From Botryllus schlosseri (Eukaryota): a DNA stretch of 64,000 bases. The position numbers and the translations under genes were made by a program. The notes under the pieces were generated by a model. It was not told where the DNA came from. It did not search any database and saw only the letters and a program-made list of their open reading frames with translations. Positions 24,601 to 36,600 of this stretch are shown here, piece after piece (position 1 is the first letter of the stretch; the number at the start of each line of letters is the position of its first letter). Location: NCBI GenBank assembly GCA_051294905.1, contig CM119386.1, forward strand, positions 4,960,001-5,024,000, read 5' to 3'.

Positions 24601-27600
24601 CCCAAATTACTTTGTGCCGCTTGATCACAAGATGGGTTGAACACTTGTTGGAGTTTCCACAGTAGATTATCTTCCGCATCGACAGCCTTGTCAATTTCAG
24701 AGATTATATCATTATCCGCTAAGCCACAATCTATTGGACGTTCCAAAGTTGGTGCTGTCAATAGTTCTAAGTTCGATTGCTCGGCGGACACAATATTCGT
24801 CGCAATGTTATTTTTGACACCATCGCCCTGTCTCTTGTCATGAATTAGATTTCCGATGCCTTTCGACAGAGTTAATTCCGAGTCTTGATAACACTCAGTT
24901 GACTGCTGTAAACACGCATTTGCATCCTGATTTCGTCTGCACATCTCATCTGCTTCCTCATTCCAAGTACTTTCCGTTTCATCATAAACTGCGTATACAT
25001 CAATGTCACGATCACTAGAACATGCTTCATCAGGGCTTTGCGCAGGGGTGTTATCTAAACCTTCGTCTGCGTCCAATGTTGAAGTCTGTTTAACGGTGCC
25101 GAATTCTTCAGTGACAGGCGAACTGGTTACAGCTGAAAACGTTTCTGTGACGTCACACTCTGAAGTAGAATACAAGATACTTTCGTTTTCATCATTGACT
25201 TGGTTTAAACAGTTTGCCGTTGTTGACTGTTCTGACATTGTAGTTTCAGATATGCAGCTTTGATCAGTGAAACCAGCTTCGATTCCAACAGTGTTGATGA
25301 TTGCAGGGTCAACTGCTTTTTCAGTTTCAAAGTCCACGACACAATCACTAGCCTCAAAAACTACGTTGGGTGAGTCATCTACAGGAGAATGCTGTTCTAC
25401 CACCGACGTGTCGGTCGAAGATTGTTCGGAAGTGGAATATCGATGTTCGTCAGCGTTACTGTCTTGGCCTGAAATTTCTCGTAGAATCAGCTGGTCTTCT
25501 GTTGTAGTTTCTGTAACGGAGCTGTCCCATTCCGAGGCAGATTCCCTAGGTTCTGAATCAGACATCTCCACAAACTGTACACAATCGAAAGTGCAAGGGT
25601 CACGACCGATTTGATCTAAATTCGGAATTGAAAATTCCAACTGTCCATCTACAGCAGCAGCATTTGTGGTGTCATTTCCGATAGCTACATTCAAATCATG
25701 ATTGCCAGCGTCCCCAGTTAGCGCCTTGGCTTCTTCCAGAGCAGGTGGATCAACATAAACCGTTTCTGCGAGATGATACTCTGTATGTATTTCACTCTTA
25801 ACAGCATTCCGGTGCACAAGTACAGCTCGATCTTGGGAGCAATCCAACTCGGTTGTATCAGATTTTTGATCCAAGCTCTGAAGAGAGGTTTGTTTTTCAC
25901 TTTCCGCAACTGCAAGTACACGATGTTCGTCAGTTACATCAGAGTTACTTTCGCCTTGTGATAGTGAACGCTCAGTGTGATCATACCCCATGACAGGTTG
26001 ATAATCTTCAAAGACGTGTACAGGTTGTACACAGTGCCCTGCATCGCTGAGGTTAGAGGGTAGCGCCTCTTCCGGCGTCACTGTTACGGCGGTGCAGTAA
26101 TCTTCACTGTCTTGTAGAGTAGTATTGGAAACTAGTGTTGAAGGACGTTTCATAGTTTGTTGCGTGGGTGGCACGAATTCAGCCTTGTCATTGTTCTTGG
26201 TGTTATTAAAGTCATCTTGAATTAAACATGCGCCTTCATCACAGATCTTTTCAGCAGGCGTCAATTCCGTGCTACTGGAACTACCTTCAATGACAACCAT
26301 ATCTTTCACAGTAGCGTGAGGGATTTGACTAGTCTGTTTTTCGTCAGACGTAAATTCCGCAACGTAGCCATCTTCGGTCGCACCAACAAGGTCCTTGACC
26401 ACACAAGGAATTTGTATAATAGAATCAGAGATTTGAATTGCCCCTTCATCTTCAGTGATACCAAAATGATCTTCGCTGATACCTGCACTCTCTGAGATAG
26501 CATCGGGGCTTTCAGTAGTCTGTTTTTCAGGCGACATAAATTCAGTTAATTCTGTCATGTTGACATCATCCGCTGTTCCAAAATGATCTTCAATGACACA
26601 AGTCACCTCTTTTGCAGCATCTTGGCTTTGAGTGGTCTGTTTTTCACGTACCGCAAATCCTTGGATGTGGCTATTATCTTCACCCGTACACGTGCCCTCT
26701 GCAGCATCAGAGCTGCCAACTATCCATTTTTCAGATTTCAATTCTGTGACAAAGCCATCTTCATCAACACCGAAATTATCTTCACTAACATACAGGACAT
26801 GCTCAATAGCAGCATGAATTTCGGTTATCTGTTTTTCAGGTGATGTTAATCCTGTGGCATCACAATCTTGAGTGCTGTCAGCTGCTTGTCTTACAGGGAT
26901 CTCCGATGATTGTTTTTCAAGTGATGACAACTCTGCGACATAGCCATCTTCGACAAGACCGAAATTATCTTCACTGACATAGAGATCATGTACTGTAGCA
27001 TCAGGGATCAGGGTTGGGTTTTCATCAGGTGAAGTCAAGTTATCGATGTAGCTATCGTCTGTTGCATCAAAATGATCTCCGGTGACACTTTCAATGCGTA
27101 CTGCGACGTTAGAGATCTCGTTATCTTCAGTTGTATCAGAGTGATATGCACCAACACCCTCAGCTTGTACAGCAGCATTAAGGAACTGAGCTGTCTCTTC
27201 TTCAGGTGATGTTAATTGTGTGATGCAGATACCTTCAGTTACATCTTCGATGACACCCTCAGCTTGCATAGCAGCATTAGGGATCTTGAGTGTCTGTCCT
27301 TCAGATGATGCCAATTCGGTGACATAGGCATCTTCAGCAACATCGAAGTTGTCTTCTCTGGCATACATACCATGTGCAACAGCATTAGGGATCTCAGTTT
27401 TCTGTTCTTGAGGCGATGTCAATTGTGTGACACAGCTGGTATCAAAATGATCTTCACTGACACTTTCAGCTTGTACAACAGCATTAAAAATCCCAGTTGG
27501 CTGATCTCCAGGCGATGTCAATTGTTTGATATAGCAATCTTCAGCTTCATCAAAATGATCTTCACCGACAATTTCAGTTTGTAGAGTAGTAATATGGATA

Positions 27601-30600
27601 TCAGTTGGCTGTTCTTCAGGTGATATCAATTGTGGGATGTAGCTACCTTCAGTCTTACCAAAACTATCTATTCCGACACACGCATCATCTACAACAGCAT
27701 CACGACTTTCGGGTACCTGTTTCTCCTGTGATGTCAATTCCTCAACACAGCCATAGTCAATGCTACCAACATCATGCTCAGTTTTCTCGGGAGCTTGACT
27801 CACAAATTGATTTGTCCCAATTTCAATAACCGAAGACGCGCCTCTGACGTAGTCGGGGGCAGTATCACACGAATCCTTTTTCACGGCATCGACATCATCA
27901 CCATGAATGTCACCATAAGTTTGTTGCTCCGCTGAAACAATCTTTTCCACACAAGTACCTTCACATCCAGAAAGGTCATCTGAAGTAGCGATAAATAGGT
28001 CGGTATTCGCATAATCATTCCCAGCTAGTTGTTCAGATGGAGCGGTCACTGCGATACCAGAATATTCAGCATCCACAGACATTGCAGATTCCTCATAACA
28101 ATCGGCAATTGGGTTTTGAGAGTATTCAAGCTTTGCATGGGTTTCATCTTCCGATATCGCAGTTTTTTCAACAACACTCGCGCCATCAGCAGCAGTGTCA
28201 AAATTCAAAATTTCATGTTCATCTGGGCTAGTTTTTTCATTTTTAGAGAGAGAAGACTCACCATCACCCCAACGCTGCTGCTGTATATCAATATCAATAC
28301 ACTGATGTGTGATGCCTTGTCGTGCAATGTTTTCAGAGAGAGCGGGTACCGTGCTTTCAGAGTAGAGGAGCGGTTCATACGTGGTTGAGCGAAGATTTGG
28401 TTCTGAAAATTCAGCGGGAATAGGCTTTGCTAGCACTATGATGGAATTGTGCTCACTGTCATCTTGATTTTGCTCCACACGATTTTCCAACACCAATTCC
28501 ACAGCTGAATTTTGATCTGCGACTTGATCATTCTCATCGTAAGGTGGATCATGTTCGTCGTCAATATTTTCCTTAATGGCGTCAAGACCACGCTTGGCAA
28601 TGTCCAAACTTTGGTTTGTGAATTCTTCATGCGCGGCTATCACATCTTGATCAGTACTTATACCAAGCCCCTCTTTTGAAATAGGTTTTGCATGCGGATC
28701 GGGTGAAACTAAGTCATGATCAAGTATTTTACAGGTTTCATCAGTACTGATGAATTTCTGTGTTGCCATGTCTTCTTGACGAAATCTTTTGGCGTCATCT
28801 GCCTTGGCCGTGGTATATCCTTCGAAGTATTTTTCATCTGGTGGGCACGCTATACTTGGCTGAGCTTGAAAATCTTCACAAATATCATCCTGTGAACTTT
28901 GAATTGGAACCAGATTGACGGTAATCTCTATACAATCGTCGGCGGTAAGCGTGTCTTGTTGAGTGGCGCCCAAGGTATGTGCTGAGATATCTGGCACAGA
29001 AAGTGATCCTACAGTCGCTTCATCATTTGAGTCTTCTGGAGATTGACATGTAGCCTCATATTGACTTGTTGGCTTTGTAGCGATTTTATCAACAACAAAG
29101 TCATTTTCCCCACTAATGAAATCGTTTGCTGTCGATCGCTCAGTCATTCCAGATGCGATGATGTGACTTTCTTCTGCTACATGCAGATCAGGTACAGCAC
29201 CATGACAGTTGCCCTGCGTCTCTTCTAGAATCAATGCCTCAGCTGTGCTTGCGTTGATAATATCTTCATCTGCACGTAATCGATCTTCAGTAATATCATC
29301 ATTTGAAGCATCTTTCACAGCAGATTGCAGAGCGAAGTTCATTTCAGTGGTGTGACAATCGCTATCACGATAATGGTCTTGTAAAGCATCAACGCTACTT
29401 TGACCGCAAAAGTCTTCGGTAGCAGGGTTTTTATAGGGGGCAGTCTCTGTAATAGCATCTTGAACACTGACAGGTAATTTCTGATTGCACTCATCAAGGT
29501 TGTGGCGCTGATCATCTTTTGGTGTCATTTCCTGAAGTTGTTGGAAGTGCGTGACGCAATCATCTTCAATAGTGGAGTGATTCTCATCAAGCAGATTATC
29601 CTGTGTTGTCTGTTCGTCAGTACAATCTTCAACAAAGTCATCAGCTTCAGACCGATCTTGCCGTGGAGTGGCTTGAGATGAAACCTCTTTCGGAAACGGT
29701 TGGTCACAATGGTCAGTCAAATGTGATTTTAAAACCCAACTATCAGCAGTTTGATCAACAGCACCACTAGGAAGTTCGTCAGGAGTCATATTTTCAGCTT
29801 GTTCGATAAGGTTTTTCGCAGCTTGATTACTTGCTCCTGATTCTATTTTGTCATCAGTTTCACCGCCATCACAATCAGCATCACCAATTTCTGCATCAGC
29901 TGAAGCTCCTTCATTCATTGTATATTTAACAGTACTTGAATCAAACTCAGCAGATTCCACTACTTGGTCAGTAGTTCTGCTGGCAATGATAACGCCAGGG
30001 ATTGGAGTTGACAGTTCTTCGGAAACCTGTTGCCCAATCGAAGCTTTTTCAGTAGTGCTACAGTCTTCGACGACGCCCAGATCACAGTCAACGGGTTGTT
30101 CGTCCGAGATATTTTGTTGTTCCACATTCGCATGTACTGGCGACACTGATTTTGCGTAGTGCAAACCGCCATCGAAACACTGCTCATTTTGGAATGAACG
30201 CTCTTCTACAACTACTGCCGAAGAAGTTTTCAGTGCGAGACCATATGCATCATGTTTCAAAACATCTCTATCATTACTGGAAATAATTTCCGTTGCTAAT
30301 TTTTCATCGAAAGGCTGTTTCAAGTTTGCTTGATCTTCAACAGTCTGAAAACGATCCAACTTTGAAAATTTCAAGATCATTTGCTTGACCGAGGTCGTTC
30401 CGCTAACGCACCCCGTATCATGCTCTGCGTCAGATGTATTTTCAACAGACCCTTCACCAGCATTACTCCGTAGGACAGGCTCTAACACGCCATCATCTTC
30501 TGCAAACAAACTACCTTCTGACAGATATTCTTCATCCGAAACCGACTCACACTCCATGCCACGTTCGAGATCAACATCTTGAGATGCAGGACATTCAGCA

Positions 30601-33600
30601 ATATCATCATCTTCTTTACACTGGTCGACACTGTTACGATTTTCCTCCGAACTTTTGTATGAATCAAGCTGATGACCAGATGAGGATTCTGCGCGCCTAT
30701 CACATTCATAACCGTCTGCCTTTTGAGCAGACATACTCTTTTCCTTGAGTTTAAAATCTTCATCGCAGCCATGTTGCTCAGTATGGCGGAACTGGGCGAT
30801 TGGTTGCTCGTGTGCTGTTAGACTGTGATTTTGTTGGACAGGACTTGGCTCCCCGTGTTGCTGTTGTGAGACTACCCCTTCTACCGCAGGCTTTTCGAAA
30901 ACTTGCTTTTTGACAGAGACCGATACCTCTGTACTCTGGCACGAGGTTTGGTTCGAATTCGATTTTTGCGCTTCGAGCAAAATCATTTTGTCAAACTTCT
31001 GCACCATTGTCGCGGTATTGACAGGGCCATATTCTTCATCCGAATCAGAGCAAGGCTTTACCTTGGACACATGATGTACATGGGCTACATCTGCGTTATT
31101 TTCAGAAGATTGCCGAGACGTGCGATTTGCATCGACACACTGGTCTTGTTTCACATCATCAAGGTTTTCAACGGAACACATTTCTTTATTGCGCTGCTGC
31201 TGTGAGACTGCCTTCATAGGCTTTTCGAAATCTTGCTCTTTGTCAAAAATCACGACCTCGGTATTTTGACATGAAGCTTGGTTCAAACTAGGTTTTTGTG
31301 TTTTAAGCGAAATCATTTCGTCAAACTTCTGAACCTTTTTTGCAGCGGTGACAGTATCGCATTCTTCATCGGAATCAGGGTTTAACTGTAATTTGGAAAC
31401 ACTTTGTATGTGGGCTACATTGTGTGCAATGAGATGTTGTTCAGTATCATCAAGATTTTCAAACCGACAGGTTTCTTCAGAACACTGCTGCTGTGAGACT
31501 ACCTCTTCCACAACAGGCTTTTCGAAATCTTGCTTTTCGTCAGAGACGGACGCCCCGGCACTTTGGCACGAGGCTTGGTTCAAATTTGATTTATGCGCTT
31601 CAAGCGCAATCTTTTCGTCAAACTTCCGAGCAATTGTCGCGGTGTCAACGGAACCATATTCTTCGTCAGAATCGGGGTACGGTTGTACTTTGGAAACACT
31701 TCCTGCGCGGGCTATATCGTCTGCGATACGATGTCGTTCGGTATCGTCAAGATTTTCAACTGAACACTTTTCGACAGCATGATGCTGCTGTAAGACTATC
31801 TCTTCTATCGCAGGCTTTTCGAAATATTTCTTTTTGTCGGAGATAGATACCCCGGTACTCTGGCACACGGTTTGGTTTGAATCTAATCTTCTCGTTCCAT
31901 GGGAAATTATTTCGTCAAACTTGCGTACCATTCTCGCGGTACTGAGAGGGAAGTATTCTTCATTTGGACTTACGTGGGCTACGTCGTCTCCAATACGACG
32001 CTGGTCTGCATCATCAAGATTTTCAACGGGATACGTTTTTTCATCATGCTGCTGCGAGATTAATTCTTCTACAGGGCTTTTAATATCTCGCTCTACACCA
32101 ACGACAGATTCATCGTCAATACTGTCTTGCTCCAGCTCACAATCAGTGTCATCGTAATCTTCACTTCGAGACGAACACTGTGACACACGATCTGCGTTAA
32201 AATTCCCACCGGAAAACACCGAAGGCTCCATCATGTAACCGATCCTGCAATTCTCAAACTCAGCATACGCTTCCACCAACGACATGTCCCCGTCGTAAGC
32301 CGTAACACTAGAACTGCCTTCACCGGCTGTTCTTTCCACGTCGTGCATGATCTGATAGGCTCTGTTCACGACTTCAGACGGGCCCGACTGGCCCTTGGCG
32401 GATTCTTCCATGGGGCTATGCATGTGATTTTCAAATTGCTTCAAAAGACGACGTACAGACGTGTGGCTAGTAGCGTCTACTGCAGGTGAAGTGTTAACTT
32501 TACAAGAGACAGATGAAGTATCGCTAGTAGCATTAATGGCGTGCAACGCGCCCGCTTTACCAGAAAACGATGTATCGCGTTTTGAACCACCCGTATTTTC
32601 GATTGCCGAAGACGTTTGCGTCTTATCGTTAACACGCAATTCGCGTAGTCTCTCGCGCTGATAAATCATTTCCGATTCCAGTGAAGACACGTCCGTGCGC
32701 AGTTTAGACGAGCCTTTACTAGCGGTCTCAAAGGCCTTCACTCTGTCAACCACAAAAGCATTCGACGCGATTACCTCTAAAGTGGGCGATCTGTGCGCAG
32801 ATGCCGCACAAACCAGTCGAAAATTTGAAACACCTTCGGAAGATTTCAAGTTTTGCTGTCCGTCAACCAAGTCTCGGGCTAGAAACTCAGAAATATCAGA
32901 CACATCGCCAAACGCGCCAGGTGACTTTGCGGGCGCTACGTCCTCGATATATTCATCCACACCAGCCGGACCAATTCGTTTTTCGCCACGCCTGCCAGAC
33001 CGACCGGCCCGGTCCAGATTTTTAGACAAAAACCCAGCCATGTTATCTACGGCGTTTACGTCGCGCTTTACCACCTGGCGTAAAATATCTTCAGATAACT
33101 GTACGCTTTCTTGGCACCACGCCACAAATTCATTTTCAACGTCTGACCTTTGAGATGGGCTGGTATGGGTTGATGATTCGTTATCTTTACTCGAATTAGG
33201 GGTGGGTGCCGAAATTTTGACGATTTCATCAGATAGATCACTTTTCCGTAATTCTACATCTTTGTCTCTGGTTCTAATCTCGTTTTTATAACTTTTTTCG
33301 TCGTTCATGAAATTTTGATTATTATCCTTACTAATCTCAGTGGTAGTGACAGATACACTTTGGATTTCTCTCACTTTTCTGCTTTCAGATAACTTTCTAT
33401 AGCACGCGGTCTTTTCTTCCAGCAAAGTCTTCACCTCAGCAAGACTGCTCTTCATCTCGGCGATGAGCTCGGCGCTTTCGTCGAAGCTCGCAGAGCGACT
33501 CGGCACTTTCCCGAGATCTGACGAATTCGAGCCGGCCGACTCGGGGTCTAGAATTTGACGGACCGCGACCAGTTTGCCCATCACTTCGGCCACATCGACC

Positions 33601-36600
33601 GGGGACAGGCCCTCGTTGACGTGACAATCGTCGCTGTCTTGAAGTTCGGCCACTGTGATCCCCGCAACAGCAGCATGATTGAAAAAATAGCGCGTCACAC
33701 TACTTCCGATTAACATTTTTAACAAAATTTAATTTTAAAATGATTTAAAACAAATGTAGATTGCTTACCCATGCTGGGGTCCACCAGGTAATATCGTTCT
33801 TTCGTTTGCGTCAAATCGACGGCGGGTTCTTCGTCGCGCGAGACATCCGCGAATTCCGGATCCTGAAATCCAGATTTGTTCAGTAACAAAGTACTTTTAT
33901 TGAACTTACAAAGTAGTTACTGGGGTGGATATGTTTTTAGACTACTTTCGTTTGTACTCGAAGATTTTTAAGAAAAACTACATGCCGTACTTTTTACAAT
34001 TTGCATTTCATAAGGCAGAAGGTAGTAACCAAGTCACAAGGATTCGAGTCACAAGTCAATCTCACTTTTATAGTTTGGACTCGAGTCAAGTCGAGTCATT
34101 TTCAGTTCACCGCCAAGTCACTCCAAGTCACTGTGTTTACTGTTCAGTTGAGTTCAATCTGGTTCAACCCACTATTCTCAACTCTGCTCGAGTCATATGG
34201 CTCGCATTCATAATATCGTAATTTTCCTCGGTATTAACAGTTACTGGCCCTATTTCCCAACTATCAGGACTGATAGACGAAATACCGATAACATGGTGAC
34301 TTTCCTATTCTTTGAAGTTACAATGAAATGTCAGTCTTGGCCGTCCCAGTCTAGAGTCATGCACGTGAAAAAAATGACTCGAGGAAAGTCGAGTCACCAA
34401 AAAATCGTGACTCGAGTCGTTACAACCCTGTATAGGACCCACGTGAAATAGTACCTATGTGTAGTGAGTGCTTTTAGTTGTTTTGTGTTAGTCCCGATGA
34501 TATATATTCAATGGATGCTAAAGTATGAGACCCAGCAACAAAATCTACTTTGTAAAACTACTTCCTTAGTACTTTAACGGGCTTTCATTTTCTACGTCCA
34601 CATGAAGTAGTTTATTCATGACCGCAACAATAAATAGATAAGAAACCTTTGGAATGGAAATGCTAGTTTTTTTGGTCTGGTGCAGTTTGGTTGTAAATAA
34701 ACGAAGTCGAAACAGGATGTCTTTTGAATACGGATTAGTAAAATTACAACGCTTTGTGCTTTTTGCTCTTGTGTCAATTGAAATACAATAGACATAATCA
34801 AAACAACCGTAACTGCTTGCATCATCTGGCAAAATCAACGTAAACTCGAACAATCATATGATATGTGATTGTACAATGTACAGTAAAGAATCATCTACCT
34901 TCAGTAACGTCGGAAGCGTGATATTCAGATTACACATCGCTTTTCTTGCGCCGTGAATCTTCACACCTCTTTCGTCCCGATAAAAACTCAACCGGCCCGT
35001 CACGTCTTGGCTCGCGTCACGCGTCTGCAACAATCCAAACAGTCCAAGTACTGGATCTGCCACCAACTTCAATTTCTGTCCACATTTGATTTAGAACGCA
35101 ACGCACCCAACGTACATAGATCACAAAACCACAAACTTCTCTTATCAACTCTAAACACTCACCCGGACCGAGAAGTGCAAGCGGTTTTCACGGAACGGCT
35201 CAAACACGCAAGTCGGCTGTGTTTGTTTCGTCAACCCCAAATTTCCGGCACATTCCACAAAAACGGACGACCCCTTCAATATTTCGATATCGCGACTTCT
35301 TGCGATCTCAACAAAGTGCTCTTGATTTTCCAAGGTTCTTTCAGACCTGAAATTTGAAAGAATGACGGAATGAAAAAGATAAAAAGAAATAAGTCGTATC
35401 ATACTTTTCATCCGTGATGCAAAACACTCTCAATTTCGTCTCAGTAGCGTCAACCCTTTTGGCCAGAACCACGAATTTAGCCAAGTAAGGCACCAGCATC
35501 GCTTCTTCGTAGATTTTCTCGGCTATCGCGACAGAATCCGCGCTCGGCAGACAGTTGACCAGCCAGAATCTGTTTGCAGAACGCATTCGGGTGATAATAT
35601 TATCAAAAAAGCCACAAAGGATCGCTTACTTGGCTGATACGGTGGATGTGAATGACACGTGGTCGTCGTGAAATTGGAGGGGCGTTGGAGTCGTTATGTC
35701 TTGCCAAAGGGCAGGGTCGGTGCCACCTGTCGAATGCGGCATAAGGTAAAATGCCATAAATATCTGCATTGAGCTATGTGGGCTATCTGATGGTATACAC
35801 AGAAGCAACTAATACTATGGAAGTGGTTCTCAACCTGGTTAGATGCTTGTCGATTAACAAGAGAAACGAAACATAAAATATTCAATTTAGAAATTTGGAA
35901 AGTATATTTCAGAATGTATTTCCAATTAGAGTTTGTGGTCTACCCACTGATATAGAAGAAGTGGTTCCTGGGCTTCGGTCATATCTCAAATCCTAAAAAA
36001 GGTGCTCAAAAAGTTATCAATAACTGTATTTAATCATTCAATGCCTGAAAATACATACCGATATATATACGTTATGTCACTAGTATAGTGAATATACAAC
36101 AAAATGCTACATCAAAAACCATACCTGATATACTACAAAGCAGTCTCAACGATGACTCTTCAGAAGTGCTAATGAATGATTTCATATCTGATCCCTCTGT
36201 AAAATAATTAGGACGCCGCGTAAGGTTAAGCGAACACGTTATACTGTTTTGACGATCGCTTACCAGGATACGGCAGACCAATAACAATAGATTTGTGGAA
36301 CTTTCGTCTTCTTGGCTCAACAGTGATGATAGGACTCGCTTTGGCGGTGTTGCCAACGGCACGCTTGCAAAGGTCGGAGGAAATAGGGCATGCCTGCATT
36401 GAAAGTAGTATATGAACAATTTGTATAAATTCAACAGGCCAAGTAGGCTGTGCTGACAGGATAGCAACAAATTTGCTATCCATCCATAACTGTGTCAGTA
36501 AAATGTCAGTCACAGATATAATATCCAAAGATTTTCAGGTATTCCACCAAGTATTCTATTTAATCTCAGGCATCAGGCATGTGAGATGGATACTGTGATT

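Noticed and set aside
26300-26910. SxIP (EB-binding) motifs SQIP and SEIP in the giant exon
   Set aside because: The context is strongly acidic, whereas functional SxIP motifs need basic, Ser/Pro-rich flanks. Not supportable without conservation data.
21592-33627. Many 60-150 aa ORFs overlapping the giant exon on either strand
   Set aside because: Shadow frames of a repetitive, low-complexity coding region, with no recognisable motifs.
20805-33725. The 4,306-aa ORF as a stand-alone intronless gene starting at TTG 33725
   Set aside because: The first 24 codons are AT-rich intron sequence. Phase-matched splice sites and its position between UPA and DD make it an ankyrin exon.
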